A DNA stretch of 64,000 nt from Chara braunii (Eukaryota; Plantae; Charophyceae), in assembly GCA_003427395.1 (NCBI GenBank), contig BFEA01000002.1, positions 2,764,709 to 2,828,708 of the forward strand, given 5' to 3'. The position numbers and the translations under genes are program-made. Below, in pieces: positions 48,194-63,706 of the stretch (its first letter is position 1; each line of letters starts with the position of its first letter). Under the pieces are notes generated by a model. It saw only the letters and a program-made list of their open reading frames with translations, ran no database searches and was not told the origin of the DNA.

Positions 48194-51117
48194 CTGTAGA
48201 AAACAAATTGGCACAAATGCGTTCCGCCACTGTCACAACAGCGCCGCATGTTCCTCTTGCGCCCCCCCCCCCCCCCCTCCCTAACCCTTTTCCTCACCCG
48301 CCCTCCCTCCACTGGCATGCATCGCCTCTTCGTCGGGGATCCATCACTCATATATCATCATCATCCTTACGCTCCTTCGGATGTTAACCCACCTCACCCT
48401 CGTATCACCCATACATCATCATGCTTACGCTCCTTAGGGTTCCACCAAATCAGCATGCACTGCCCTACTGACATTATCAATCACTATTACAAACCGCTCG
48501 GCATCTTTGCCCTCTCCCTTGCATCATCACTCATCATCGTCATCATGTACTCTCGCAAATCCATCCCCATCATTTCCCTCCAGATCGCGCAACCCGTGAT
48601 GACAATCGTCATCCTTCACATTTACTACAGATGTGTCTACTCTCATCACAGCTTTCAACTTCACTAAATAATAATAATGACAAGCACCACCATTACCGAA
48701 TAATATACAACATCCACGTCAATGGCGCTGCCCGCATCGTAATAGTCTTACACAGTCATTCATTTATCCACAATCAAATCCATTCGTCCACAACAAAATC
48801 CATTCATACACTACACATATATACGCCATGCAATTTCGTGAACCCCATTAAAAAACTCTCCTTCTCCATTGTGGTCACAATATAGTCCATCCACCATCCA
48901 CTATTTCATAAGATCCTTGGTTTCGTCAAAACAACCAAATAATTCACATACAGCACTCTTGATACCGCCAACAAGGAGTCGGTATTCAGATACACACCCT
49001 ATCCATCACTTCCATCTATTCAAATGCACAGTTTTGTTGCACTTGAATCTACAGAACTTGATTCTGCCGAGTATTAGTCGTCGTTCAATTACAGCTCATC
49101 CATCTCTTTTCCAATCTATTCAAGGCAGTTTTGTTACTCTCAACATCCAGCGATTCAATTAAAGACCTTGTTAGTGAGACTGCTGAGAAAAGAGACATCG
49201 TTCAATTCCATCCCATCCATCTCTTTGTACCTCGTCAGGGCTCTCAGCGCTTGAATTCCACAGAGTTATTGAACCAGCTGAGTATGTATGAGCCATCATT
49301 TAATGACAACCCATCCATGCCTTTCGGCCTCTCCAGATCAGTTTTTTTTGCTGCCCTCATCAAAAACAATCAGCGATTGAATTTCCAAAAAAAAAAAAGA
49401 AACTTCCCGAGTACAGCTCTGCATTCAAAAACTACACCGCATCCGTGCCTTGTCATCTATTGCTATCGGTCATATTCATTCAAGTCGTACACCTCACTTC
49501 ATGACGCAATAAATAAAAATATATCGTCAAAATATGGATCCCTCACCAAGGCATTCCCAGCAGCCAATCTGTTTCCCAAGTCAAAAGCCGGTTCATTTCA
49601 ACATTCACAATAGAATCGAACATAAAAAAAGCAAGCATGACAACCAAACAACGAATACACGCATGCTGATGCTTCAATCAGACATCCAATCACCGAGATC
49701 TACTACACACGTAGACCTCCGCCGTCCTGAAATTAAAAACCGGCATCTTCCTCCTCACTTTCCCAACTCCACTCATACGCACTCAGTCAACCAAAGAGAG
49801 CCGCATCAACCTATTCATCGACCTCTACCTAAAGATGAAGACTTTCGCGCACTGCGAGCAAACAGACTGCAAATGCGCTTCAAGTCCGTTATCGAATAGA
49901 GAAGGCTGACTCTCACAGCCAAAATAATCGATAGGATGCCCGCTGAATCAAGGGCTCGCCAACACGTTCACCAACGAAGAAAGATAAGAACGCGTGCTCT
50001 GAGAGTGAGGAGGTTATTCAAAGACTAACGATGCGTGCTTAAAGCGTGAGGAGATGCAAACAGAGACTAATGATGCGCGCTTTAAGTGTGAGGAGATGCA
50101 AGCAGAGGGAGGAAAAGTGGCCGACCGACACAAAAGGAAACTTGTGATTAGACGACTGAAAAAGCGGGTGGCCGAAATTCGAGAAGAACCTTACTATCAA
50201 TCATCGAATCAAATAACAGGGCGATTTCCAAATATCAATCACGAAATCCAAACACAGAGGGCCAAAAAAATGGCGTAACTAAAATTTAAAAAAAAAAAAA
50301 ATGGCGCAATGTGACAGAGACTGGCATGACCGAGCCACATGAACATAAATGAGGTCAAAAGGTTTTGAATTGCGGCCTGATAACGACAACCATACATTCC
50401 TCTCATGCCGCAGACTACATGGGATGCATCTAGATGTTATACATGGGATGCATGTAGATGTTATCATAAGCCAAGTACCTTAAAAAACACGCCTTCAGCA
50501 TATAATGACAAAATAGACTTTACTCTAGAGTCAATTATCGCCTACGTAAGAAAGTATACAGTAATTATGACAAGGGCAAGCGACACACAGAGAGGTTCAG
50601 GGAGAGAGGACGATGAGCAACACGCTCGAACGCGTTTCGGACGGGCGAATGGGATGAACTGTCCCTTCCTATCACCTCCCATAATCACTTCCTGACCTTC
50701 AGACCCCTTCCTATCACCTCCCATAATCACTTCCTGACCTACAGGGAAGAAAACGTGGACGCCCCGACAGGGAGTAAACGATTGGCTACGCAACGCTGGG
50801 CGCCCCCACAGAACAACGAGACTACGATTGGCTACGCAACGCTGGGCGCCCCGACAGGGAAGAAAACGTGAGAGCCTCTCCACCTGTCCAAACCACTCAA
50901 GCTTATTCGAAACTCTCGACATGAGAAGGCGAAAAGCGGTGGAGACGACTTACTGGTGTGTCGAAGAACGATAGCATTCTCTACTACCAAGGACCAAGAG
51001 GAAAGGCGGTGGAGACGACTTATTGGTGGTTAATTTTTAAACTCGATGGAAAGGGAAAAAACGGTAGATGAATAGCTTAAGATAAATTGACAGTGGATAG
51101 ACAGAACACACACATAC

Positions 51118-51304
51118 CGCCAGCGTGCAACGATTTGCTGCTGAGACGCGTTTGGAAGCTCCTCGTCGTTCCGATGCCATGCAGCGCTGCTCTCGGCGAA
51201 CTCGTGATCGATGGTGACGTGAGACCAGTCGCATCCTCCGCGAGAATATCGAGCAAGGACATGCCATTCCCCAGGGCTCCGGGGCTTCCCACTGTGTTTC
51301 CCAT
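51118..51304 (-). CDS. Probable CDPK exon 1 (N-terminal variable domain, MGNT... myristoylation-type start)
   Basis: AAAAAATGGGA start; donor G|GTATGT in phase 1 matches the phase-1 acceptor at 48193. Confidence 0.65.
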
Positions 51305-54300
51305 TTTTTTAAATTCTTTTTACAGTAAAACTAAAGTCGATTTGGGGACACAGCGAAGTAGAAGAGGAAGGCCGCGTAAAGGAATGCCCTTCGCCGCGCG
51401 ATAGACGAACCCTCTCTTGTTTTATAGTCCACCGTGCACCCTTCTTCCACCAACGAGCAACTGCATTATACAGAGGTAAACGATTTACAGGTAGCGCACC
51501 TCCTCGCCCTCGTATCCGATCGGATTGACCCACGGGAAACCAGATTTTTACAGTAGGCCGATGAACCAACCAACCAATGACAGGAATCAAGCAATCAAGA
51601 GCAAACCTTCTGAAGATGGACGGCGATGCTTTCAAAAAAGAACCGCCCACTCCCAAGGTTCCCCTGTAATCAATATACAATATCAAACAGCTGAAAGAAA
51701 AAAGAATATCGGCTGAAGCTGCTTCGACAGATGACGCAGGAATATTGCTGCCAGTAATCTACAATGCCGCCTCGGCGTCGTAAAGTGGGCGAAATCCACC
51801 CGCTGAAGATCAGCACAATCTCTCTCCCCAAGAAGGTGAACCTGCTGCCAGGCGGACAGCAAGAACGTTCGCCGCACAGCGCTGAAAATCAATCAGCCAC
51901 TTCCAATCGTGTTTTTCACGGCTGACCAACTCTAGAAGCGGTGACTGACGGCCGTCGATGAATTTGCCAGACGGATCAAAGGTCAACCCCGCCAATTCGT
52001 CTGATCCGGGAGAAAAGTTAATCGACCTCTCATCGGCAGAAATGAATTGTCTGACAGCTGGCAAATTTAGGTCTTCTCTACGGTCTCTAACGCTTCAGCC
52101 TCTCTCGCTTGATTCGAGAGCTGCAGCTACCACCCAACCAACCAATGGCATGCGCGCAGATATTGATCGATCGATTGATCGATCGATCGCTTGCTTGCTT
52201 GCTTGCCTTTTTCGACAAGGCAGTCAAGTGCATTAAACAGTTCACACTGGCTGAGCGATAGAGCCGCAGTTATTGATTCAACCCCAGTTAATCAATGGAT
52301 TAATGTTGTTAATTGGCGATGCTAAACTGTTCCTCATTCAGAGACTCGATAGACTGAATGGTACGGCGTGTAATAGACCCCGTCAATCAATGATTTTCGG
52401 TTAAAAGCCAACTAGTGTGCGCCAAACGGACAGGACTGGATGATACCCCTCATGTGGGCCGAGATAGGATTAACCCATGCGTGGAAGGAATGCTCCCAGA
52501 GCAGCCCGCTCCCCCTCCCCCAAAATATTACCGTTGAGATCGCCGGGAACGATCTCACGGGGAACCCGTGCATTACATGTGTCTCGACGGCGGCGGAGAC
52601 ATCAGGCATAGACCGATCCGCCGACTTGTCCGTCCGTCTAATGGCCCTGGCCCGTTCCTCTGTCCCAGCCCCCCACTCCCGGGATATCAGTGGCCCGTTG
52701 CTCCTTCCTCAATCCACCACCAGCCAATCAAACAATCCACCTTTCGCGCTCCTTCCCTCGTCTGTTTACATGTTACTGAGCACTTAAAAGTACTACTGTA
52801 AATAAAATGCGTCACGATGGAGTGACAAAGGGGTTGTCCGATCTTTCGTCTCCTTGGGAAAAGACAGTTGAACAACCGCAAGGAAAAACACGAACACGGC
52901 GGGTCAAGTTCGCGAAGAAGAGAACCCGAAGACAAGCAGATTCTCCTCCTGCCGAATCGCATAACCCAGAATAGACCGAATGATTGTGTAAATCGGAGAT
53001 TCAGAGAGAACCAATAGCGCCGACGACTGTCTAATCACCACTGAACATTCAAGCCAACAACGAAGACCACGTGACGCGTGACGAGTGGTTATCGTAATCG
53101 TTCTACGATATCGCTCGCACCCCCCCTTCGTGCAAGGGTCGGGGGACACTGCCGGCAACCCTCTGCCACCCTCCTCAACCCATCAGGACTCAGCACGCCG
53201 ACCCTGCCACAAACCCAGAAACGCCGCCACGCATACTCCGACAGACAAATCAACGGCGAGAGCACGTTGCGCGGGCACAGAATCGGCGTAATGGTCGACT
53301 CGAAGGACGACGGATTTCCCAGTGTGCTTAAATCACAAGGAAACGCGATCGCCCGCGTCGCGTCGCTCATTCAATTGGCGCCCACCTGCGGCTGGGACTC
53401 AAGCAACCTACCGTATGTGACCGCGACGGAAGCAGCAGTAACCCTTCGTCAGCTTCGTGACAAGCCGCCGACGATTATGCCCCTCTTCCTCTCCCTCTCC
53501 CTCTCTCTGTGTATACCACTCGGTCTTCCTGTCAATATAATGATGGGAGGAAGATAAATTGGGAATAGCCGTCCACACAACTGCTCCGTTCCGTTTGACC
53601 GTTCGACCTTCACAGCCTTGCCTGCCTGTAATGAGAATGAGAAGGTAGTATCGACAGATCACGTGTTATCTGGCGTAGCAACAGCACTCCACCGTAGTCA
53701 AGTCGACTGACGCCAGCAGCGATCACAACGATAGTGCGCTCACCCTCACTCCTCACTTTATGACCTCAGTTATCACCGTTGTTGATCCCAACTTGGCAGC
53801 TGACTGGACTAGATCCGAAGAACGACAGAATGATCCCGCCAACACACGGGCAGGAGGGATGGTTAGCAGATAGCAACGTGCGTTTGATGTCGTTGAACCA
53901 ATGGTACGCCCAATTAAGTCTCCAGCTTTCCGTCAGCGGATGCAACGCACACGCTAATTACTTATGCAGCTGCGCAAGAGAGAGAAGAGAGGGAGATAAA
54001 TAATGATAGCGGTTGAGAAAAAGAGAAGGATGACGAACACAGAGGGGTCCAAAGCAGCACGGTTTAGACAGAGGAGGGCATTGAATGATACCTTCACAAG
54101 ACTGTGGCCCTAGCAGCTGTCGCAGCTGCTGCTCATTCGATCTTACTGTCCTATGAATGAATGCATTCAGATCACCACCTGTGATAATATCTCCTATAGG
54201 GATAAGAGCATGGAGGGAGTAAGGACAAACCGTTGAAATCAAGAGACCGGAGCGCAGGTGGTAGAGATCCCACGATTGTAGAACAGAGTACCGCAGACGA

Positions 54301-57025
54301 ACGGGAGAAGAAAAAAGAGGCGGAAGAGGAAACAGAGCTTATCCAAAAAAACGATTCTCGTTGGGACGAAGATGTGTGCAAGGAGCAAATGCAAGAGCAG
54401 AGGAAGAGGGTGTGATGATGCTTAGTCCTGTGTGACGAGTACAAGATGAAACCGTCAGCTGAGTTGTCGGATATGAAATAATGCACTAGCAGCAACTGAA
54501 ACCTAGGATTCAACACTGCAAATGGTTTTCTGTTAGACTACGGGGGGGGAATGAATAGATGTGCACTCCCTGGCTGGCTGGTGGCTAAGGAATACACCGA
54601 TCCGATCCGATAATAGGGATAAGAAAGACTGAGCCCGATCGAGATTAAGAACCTCGTGAGGTCGAGATTCAGATATTAGAGGGAGATAAGACCACAGATT
54701 GCGGTGGAAGTGAACGGTATGGTGCTGCCGCTCGCTCTGACTACCAGACGAGAGCTTACTTAGGACACTAAACGCTCAGACGCACCTAAGTCTCGCGAGA
54801 CCAGACGCAGCAGTTATCAGACAGCAAATGAATGAAAACCTATCTATTTTTCGATTGCCTTCACATGGGTAATGACGAACACGCAGTGTTTGCACGATTC
54901 CACGTGGCGACCGGACAACGCGGAGCAGAGCGCAAAGTGGAGCAAAACGGACTAAAAAGAGGGTAGCAACGACCGGCTTGTCCCTGCCTAACCGATCAGC
55001 GCTCCTTTCCTTCCTCCCTTCATATGCCCCACGGTCCAAGCTGCAGGACACGGCAATTTCCAGAGTAGCGAGATCAAACGATAAAGTGCCAGCTTCCGTA
55101 GTCGTCCACCGCCTTCACCTTCTCTTCACCATAGCCAAGCCAAACTCTTCTCGGGGAGGGCTTTCCTCCTCGATGCGCGCAGACAGAGCTGCACGGCCAC
55201 GGCCACACCGCTCACAGACAACTGGTTTGTCCCAAGCCAGGCGAAGGACAATCGAAGTCCAGCAAACCTCCAGCGGCCATACACGCCAGTGATGATTCGC
55301 CCATTCGTACGGCCAGTTTATAGCAGGCTAACAGCAGTACAGTGAAGTAGCCACCACGCCAACGAGGAGGCTATGGAATGAGTCAAACGGCCCTTCTTCT
55401 CCCGATCTGCCGACACAAATGGCAGAAGAGGAGAAGAGCCGCCGGCCTCGCGATCTGACCAGACAGCCCAGACAGCCCTAATCTCTTAACCACGCGCTTC
55501 TCATTACACACATCTTCTCCAGTGCTCAAAAACACAATCAGAGAGCCAACGAACGGACGACCGACCAAGGCAGCAGAGTCCACGCCATGACAGAGACGAC
55601 GATGCCCTCCCGCCAAAGGTACGCCCGCCTGCTTGCTCGCTCGCCCATACCCACGCGGCACAACGAAAACGAAAAGAAACGTTAACGACGCAATCAAAGG
55701 CGCGCCCAAATGAACGAAATGAACTCACCGACATTCATCCCGCGGAGCTGAATTATACTGAGCTGAGCGCGCCTCTCCTCGCCTCGCTCGACCCGCCGCG
55801 GCGCACAGCTTGCCCCCGCCCTCGTCCTGTCCTGCCCGCCGCGCCCCGCCAAAACAATTTTTTTTCTGGAGTCACCGCACGTAACGCCCAAATCGAACGG
55901 CCCCGCTTCGCAGCCAGATTCACCGCCACTGTGCATGAGCATGTCGTCCAATACGCATGTTCCGCCCTCCCACTAATGCCACCACCATTACAAGGTGATG
56001 TACTGTGGACTGGACTGGACCACCAGAGGTTCATAATTCATAATGTCATAATGGAATGGAATGAGATGGAATGGATGAGCCTACTGCCTGCGCGCCGCGA
56101 GGGTCGACTGCGGCTGGCTGGCAGACGCTCACGACTGGAAACAGACCCGAACCCGGACTGAAGACGGACAGATCCAGGTGCTTTGCCGGATTCTCCGATT
56201 TGCTCAACAGCCAATAAGATGAGCCTGGCCGCATCATTCACCAAATGTGAAAAACGCAGAACCCTAAAGCAAGTGCATTTTTCCACTCTGCACCCCAACG
56301 TACATTCCTCATTTTTTTGCGTATATCGTGAGAAGCGCCGCGAGGGCCGATTGCTGGCTATCATTATTCGGGGGTCAAGGGTCAGGGCCCGATCACGGGA
56401 GTTCCGGTACACAGCGTAGGCACACAACCGCTGAGGAAAAAGCAATACAGCCGCTAAGGCAGCACAAACTTCAACGTCAGTCCAAACAACACATGCTTTT
56501 CCTCTGTATTTTCTGTTCTGGCACACTTCCAAAGAGATATACCCGTAGCTTCCCCACACCTCGGCCCTCCAATCGCCCAAGCGTGGGACAAGAGACACCA
56601 TGCAGCCAATCAGCTTCGGATAGCATAGCCCAAGCCATTCTCCAGCAAGTGTCACGTCATACGATCATTGCCCTCAGGGGACTGCCCTGTAGAGCCGCCT
56701 TCTGCTACCCATCTCAAACCACCAGTTCATAGCTCTAAGGGCCTCTTTCCACTACTTGCCATCCGCTACCAGTCGTGGAGAGGAATGGCGAGTGGTATTT
56801 TCCTAATTTTGTGGCGGAAAACGACACGTGGTTCCATTTTGTGGCCCACATTGTGATGTCTATCCCGGCCTGAGTACCGGTTTGGATGATGGAACGGTGA
56901 CATCATTTCGCCACAGCCACATTGTGGGTCTGGTACAGCCCGGTGTGGACATTGGTCCCACCAGATTGTCTACCACATGGGCGCCGGCCCTAAGGTAACC
57001 AAAGCAATGAGACTAAGAGCGCATA

Positions 57026-57074
<49 letters not shown>

Positions 57075-57080
57075 AGGGCA

Positions 57081-57105
57081 TATGGGTTCGATTCCCGTTA
57101 TCCGC
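57081..57105 (+). pseudogene. Tiny tRNA 3'-half fragment (T-arm + acceptor strand, resembles plastid tRNA-Gly)
   Basis: ATGGGTTCGATTCCCGTTATCCGC between (GA)n and AT-rich DNA. Confidence 0.35.
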
Positions 57106-57262
57106 AATTGCGATTTGATGAAAAAAAAACTGAGATAAATAAAATGCGCGTATCAAAATTTAAAACTTGTCGACAAATCTTGGAAAATGTTTGGCAAACA
57201 AAAAAACTTACTCAAAAAATATATATATATATATATTTCAAAGGCTCGGAAAAAAACAAACA

Positions 57263-57333
<71 letters not shown>

Positions 57334-59187
57334 TTCATTTGTTTGCAGCCCTAAGGCTGCGGTATAGTGGGCTTCAGCGTCTATGTCCAGGTGTCGCATT
57401 TTTGGCAGCAGGCGACCAAGATGCAAAGTGGGCTCTTAGGGGGCAAACAAATTTGGGGGACCGGTCCTTGGCAAAATTGCGGACTACCTACGGCTAGCTC
57501 TGGTAGAACCATAACTTTTGGAAAAAGGAAGGACCGGTCCTCGGGTGGAAGCGGACCCCAAAAAGAAGTGGGGGGCGTTGAACCAGTCCTCGGGTGCAAG
57601 CGGACCCCCAAAAGAAGTGAGGGCATGTGAACTGCAGAAGGGCGCTCAGGCCCAGGCGTTGAGGCCCGTCTTCTCAAAACAGGGAGGTCAGGCGCAATGA
57701 AACAGACATTTTGCAAGAGGCAACTTTGTCGGTATTTTGTGCTTGGAGGAACCCGCACGGAAATTTGAATTGCAAAATTGAAATACGGGTCAAATTGTGG
57801 CCGCAATCCATTTTACAGTTAAATTTTTTTAATTTTTTTTTTTGAGCATTTTTTCTGGAAATATCACAACAAAATCTACGAGTAATCCAATTCTCAAGTT
57901 TCTTCACACATTTTTCTGAGCGTGAAAACTCACTGAATTTGGAGAACTTTTTCAGTTGGCCCACACATGGTTGAGTGGCATAAATGGAAAATGTGTCGAA
58001 TTGGCGCGACGATTATTTCACGGTCTAAATATTTTTTGTTGCGTAGCACACTGAACGTGTTCGGAAGTTTTCCGAACGTCCGAACACATTTGGCCGTTTT
58101 TTTGGCCGTTCGCGAGAACGGGAAGCGAACTCGTTCGCACAAACGACTTTTGGAGGTTTGCGAATGCGTTCGCCCATCGGACGTTACCCGCCCTTCGAGG
58201 GTCTGGGGGGGTCCTTGCGGCCGTAAGGGGGGTGTTTGGGGGGCGGGGTTGGGCGGGCGGCCTGGCGGGAAGGGGCAGCCGGGTCCCCTGTTCGAATTCG
58301 AACGAACAATCGGGCTGCCCCGCCGCTCATCCCCGATCAGCGTTCTCCAGCGGAGCATCGAACCCCCGGGTAGGTGTGCCTCCTCCTCATCCTCCTCGTT
58401 GTCGTCCTCCTCCACCTCCTCTTCCTCCTTCTTCCCTCCTTCTCCTCCTTTTCCTCCTCCTCCTCCTTCGCCATATCTTCTTCTTCATTTTTTATTTTCG
58501 TTTTTTTAATTTTTTTTCTCTTTCTTTTCTAACTTTTCCAAGTTTCTTCAACTTTCTTCTTCTTCGAATCTTCTTTTTCTTTTTCTCCTGGTTCGTTTTT
58601 TTATTCTACTTCGTCTTCTTCCNNNNNNNNNNNNNNNNNNNNNNNNNNNNNNNNNNNNNNNNNNNNNNNNNNNNNNNNNNNNNNNNNNNNNNNNNNNNNN
58701 NNNNNNNNNNNNNNNNNNNNNNNNNNNNNNNNNNNNNNNNNNNNNNNNNNNNNNNNNNNNNNNNNNNNNNNNNNNNNNNNNNNNNNNNNNNNNNNNNNNN
58801 NNNNNNNNNNNNNNNNNNNNNNNNNNNNNNNNNNNNNNNNNNNNNNNNNNNNNNNNNNNNNNNNNNNNNNNNNNNNNNNNNNNNNNNNNNNNNNNNNNNN
58901 NNNNNNNNNNNNNNNNNNNNNNNNNNNNNNNNNNNNNNNNNNNNNNNNNNNNNNNNNNNNNNNNNNNNNNNNNNNNNNNNNNNNNNNNNNNNNNNNNNNN
59001 NNNNNNNNNNNNNNNNNNNNNNNNNNNNNNNNNNNNNNNNNNNNNNNNNNNNNNNNNNNNNNNNNNNNNNNNNNNNNNNNNNNNNTTCTTCTCCTTCTTT
59101 GACGTCGTCGTCGTCGTCGTCACCCAACCCCCCTCCTCCTCCTCCTCCTCCTCCTCCTCCTCCTCCACTACCCTCCTCCTCCTCCTC

Positions 59188-59396
59188 AATCAATCAATCA
59201 ATCAATGAAATAATTCGATTCGTTGATTGAATAGAATCTTGATCTTGATTTGATTCGAATCGAATCAAGATCTCAAAATCAAGATTTTATTAAATCAACG
59301 AATCGAATCGATTCATTGATTGAATCGATTGATTGATCAAGATTTTATTCAATCAACGAATTAAATCGATCGATTGATTGATTGATTGATTAATTA

Positions 59397-59439
<43 letters not shown>

Positions 59440-59444
59440 AATTA

Positions 59445-59476
<32 letters not shown>
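59188..59476. repeat. (ATCA)n/(ATTG)n foldback palindrome centred near 59256, followed by an (ATTG)n array
   Basis: attcgattcgttgattgaatagaatcttgat ... atcaagattttattaaatcaacgaatcgaat. Confidence 0.75.
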
Positions 59477-59478
<2 letters not shown>

Positions 59479-61921
59479 AAAAAAAAAAAAAGACAGAAAA
59501 AAAAGCCAAACAACCCTCTTCTACAACCTCGCCACCCTTTTTTTTTAATTTTTAAAGGGGCCCATTGCCCAAGGCTTGTATTGATATTTGATAACATTGA
59601 GGCCGGGGTTCTCACAGTCTACCCGAAGTAACCAACATATGATGATAATGATGAGGATGAGGATGCTAAAACTGATGATTTTTTGCTAATCAGAATCATG
59701 ATCTGACCAATCACACTCTAAATGCTAGCTTATAAGGAAGAGTGATCAGAAAGGCTAATCAGAATGTTATCTACTTAGAACTACAATCTGGAACCTTATC
59801 CTAAATGCAGGTATTTCTACCAGTTCCAGCAATTGTCATATGATGTTGTGTTGTGTATCAATCCCACCTCTACCCTGTCTCACACCCTCTATTTAGCTAA
59901 GTTACAGGGCAACACTACCCGCCCCAACTCCGACGATCGTCGACAGGATTATTACCGTCGGTCAAATTAGTGGACTGCCTTCCTCCGTCGACAATCCCCA
60001 TATCTCTCTACAAGACCTCAAGCTCCTAGTAGTTTAGGTTACAGGGCGATGCCCCAATACCAGTCAACGTCGTTCTGGCATCAACTCGACCTAGGCAAGT
60101 GCACATTCACAACTCAATCAGACAATCGACAAAATTGATAATAATACCTAAAAATAAAGGATTTGATTTAGTTGAGTCCCCAACACATGACTGATAAGGA
60201 TGGTGATGATAATGATTGACGTCAGTAGATATGAATTTTATTCCTTTTCCCCCCACTGTTCCTTCTCGCCCCTTGTTGCCTTCGTTGAAAAGAACCTCCC
60301 TGATGAGTGGTTTTTTTTCAGCCCCCGCCTAGGACAGTCCCACTTACAACCATACTGACCATTAGGTCCTACCATTCCCCCCAAAGTATGACCCAATCAA
60401 GTTGTTGCCCTAATCTGCCACCGCTGGATTATTAGCCCCAGATTAGCGCAATCCCCCATCTACTTCCACTCCTAACAGAGCATCACTTCCCACCTTGCGA
60501 TGCCCTTATAGAGTTTCAGTTTTTCCCACCTTTCGTACTTATTATAATAAAACACAATCAAATAATTTTTTTGAAAAACCTAACGATGTAGATGTTGCTG
60601 CTTTTGATGATGATATTGATGATGACGACCCTTGGTGTAGATTCAACTTCCCCTCTCCTCCCCTGCCTCTTTCCCCCTCGTCCTCTCCTCCTCTCTCTGT
60701 GCTGCCCCCGATGAGCGGAATCAATGTGCAATCAGTTAAATTCCCTCAGCCCCAGCTAGAGAAAGCCATCTCCTCTTCCTTTACTCCCTTGAGTAATCAG
60801 TTCCCCCCATGGATTATCTCAAGTTAGTTGTGCCCTAATCTGCCACCGTTGGGATCTTCCCGAGCCCCAAACTAGAACACTTCCCCTTGTATGCCTGTAC
60901 TCCCTCGAAGATTAGCACCTCCTTCCTTGCGCTTCCTTTGTAGAGTAGAGTTCGCCCCACCTTTAATCCACTTACCTTCTCGCCAGATCTGACTCTAAAG
61001 CCTGTGACTCAGAGGAGAAATCAACTAGTTAGATGATAGTCATGAAGAATACTAAATAATGATTTATAGACATATGATGGTGATGATGATGGTGATGATA
61101 TCAGAATGATTCTACAAAAAGATTAGCGAAGGAACTATTTGGGAAATTGTATTTCGAAAAACAACGTGATATTCAATGTCGTAATGATAAATTGGATTTA
61201 GGGCAGACACAAGTTTGCTCTGTGGAAGATGGCGTCCGTCGCTGAAGATAATTAGTGAGAATAAGTAATATTGGGGTTTATATTGATAAAGTCAATAATG
61301 GTGATGACGTGGCATTGATTAATAAATTAATGAATATGTGTTGCAGAAGATGAACGTGAATATGTGTCGCAGAAGATGAACGTGGTCGTTATATTGCTGC
61401 TAATGATGATGAAAACAAATGATTTTCACATGAAGATGAAATAATGGTGCTCTAGAACTGAAGATCTTGAAACTCTTGGTGTTCTTGATGAAAAGCCTGC
61501 ACGAAATACAAACAAGAACAAAAAAAAAAAAAAAACACAGATAAATTTGATGATGATCCTCGAGCTTGACGATATCCTTCCGCTCTGTGTTGAAGCTTTA
61601 AAAAGGGTCAGCGATCTCCACACTTCGGTCTCCTTGGGGCTGACTCCACTTTCGTCCACCGACGTGACATTCGCCAACGTCAGCCTCTGACATGGCACTG
61701 GCCAAGCGCCTCTGGATTCCGCACATATGTAAAGTGTTGTCATCTCTCCAATCCACCTCACCACAGAGCCCTCGCACCAGCGCCTCCCTCACGCCGACAA
61801 CTTGCGGTATGCCACGTGTCAGACACTATTGCTATACGCTTACTGAGCCCACGCCTCGCCAACTGTAAGTGGTCAGCGCCCCGCCCCTCACATGCTGCCA
61901 GCGCTTCGCTTCCCACTAGCA

Positions 61922-62012
61922 GCCAGCGCCTCGCTGCTCCATTGCAACCAACGCCTCGTTGCTCCATTGCAGCCAGCGCCTCGCTGCTCCATTGCAACCA
62001 GCGCCTCGCTGC
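61922..62012. repeat. 25-bp minisatellite, ~3.5 copies
   Basis: ccagcgcctcgctgctccattgcaa repeated. Confidence 0.8.
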
Positions 62013-62262
62013 TTGCAGAAAGCTAGCGCCCCGCAACCATGAGGTGCTAGCGCCCCGCCTACCTTAACCAGCCAGCACCGCCCCCACCAGCGTTTAGCAT
62101 AGCACTACCCGCACATCGTCATCCCCTCGTTGCCCGACCATCGCTCAACGCTAACGCGCACTTCATAATCCATGGCCTCGCCACCCTCGTCATCCTCCTC
62201 ATCTTCTTCTTCTTCTTCTTTGACGTCATCGTCCTCGCCCAACCCTCCTCCTTCTCCTCCTC

Positions 62263-62310
<48 letters not shown>

Positions 62311-63453
62311 CTCCTCCTCCTCCTCCTCCTCCTCCTCCTCCTCCTCCTCCCTATTCGGATCCCGACTGCTCTCTCATAACCCCAACCCCCCCAGACCCAT
62401 ATATATATAAGAAAAAATAAAAAAACCGTTCGCAATCGGTCGATTTTCTGACCCGTTCATGTTCAGCGACCGAACGCGAACAGCATGCAACGCAACCTCA
62501 TCTATGGATTCTCAAAATTTCAGATTTTTCTGCAGGTTCCTCCGAGCACAAAAAATCGACTAAGTTGCCTCTTGCAAAACGTTTGTTCGTTGCGCTTGAC
62601 CTCGTTGTTTTGAGAAAACGGGCCTTAACGCATGGGCCTAAGGGCCCTTTTGCAGTTCACATGCCCTCACTTCTTTTTGGGGTCCGCTTCCACCCGAGGA
62701 CCGGTCCAACGCCCCTCACTTCTTTTTGAGGTCCGCTTCCACCTGAGGACGGGTCCTTCGTTTTTCTAAAAGTCCCGGTTCTACCAGAGCTAGCTATAGG
62801 TAGCCCGCAATTTTGCCAAGGACTGGTCAATTGTTTTGCCCCCTAAGAACCCACTTTGCGTCCTGGTCGTCCGCCTCCAAAAATGAGACACCTTGACATA
62901 GACGTGGAAGCCCACTATGCCGGAACCTTATGGTTGCGAACAGGGTTCCAAGGGCACGGGACCACGAAATCACTCCATGCGTGACGATACCTCGCCAATG
63001 CTAAGGGATAGTGCCACCGGCTGTTAGGGTCATGATGTCAGTAAAAATTGCCACACGATGCCTTTCGTAGAAGTTGCCTCTTACCGCCCTCCACAAAATG
63101 TTATGACATGCAGGGGAAACGAGGCTCCGTGGCGACCAACTGCCAACCCAATTTTTCTACAATTTTTAACAACGTTCGTTTTCGAGCGATCGACAAGGCG
63201 GTGGAACGAACGATCCACCGCCACCCATGGTGAATAGCGAGTAGTGGAAGGAGACCCTAAGGTTGTGGTATAATAGGTTCGGGCCAATGTGTTCACTAAC
63301 TTACTGTGAGGGTACGAGTACGTAACCCGTAGTTCCTAATGATGTCCTTCGCTATATAGAACTCCAAAAGTGTGTGTGATTGTGTGTACGTGCACGTGTA
63401 TATGTGAGAGTGTGTGTTTATGTGAGAGTGAGTGTGCGACACTTTGTATGTGA

Positions 63454-63517
<64 letters not shown>

Positions 63518-63706
63518 GAGAGAGAGAGAGGTGTGGTAGTGTGGAGAAGGGGAATCCGAGAGAGAGAGCGAGGGTTCAAGGGGTGCGGGTGGGTAATTCA
63601 GACGTTGTAATTCATGTGCAAGCATCGAGCTTTGATTCACACCCGCATTAGAGAGAGAGAGGGCTGTAGGCCCACTGAACTTGAAATGTGAGTGTGTGTG
63701 TGTGTG

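Larger units (their letters stand above)
57340..62942. mobile_element. Non-autonomous DNA element with ~430-bp diverged terminal inverted repeats (57340-~57775 and ~62515-62942)
   Basis: ggtcctcgggtggaagcggaccccaaaaagaagtg vs cacttctttttggggtccgcttccacccgaggacc, and further matches; no transposase visible; N-gap inside. Confidence 0.8.

Noticed and set aside
48237-48351. ATG at 48351 as the CDPK start via a homopolymer frameshift
   Set aside because: Requires an indel; a phase-compatible acceptor at 48193 and an upstream MGNT exon explain the gene better, though this alternative is not excluded.
60293-60320. cctccCTGATGAG as another hammerhead
   Set aside because: No stem II, GAAA or stem III follows.
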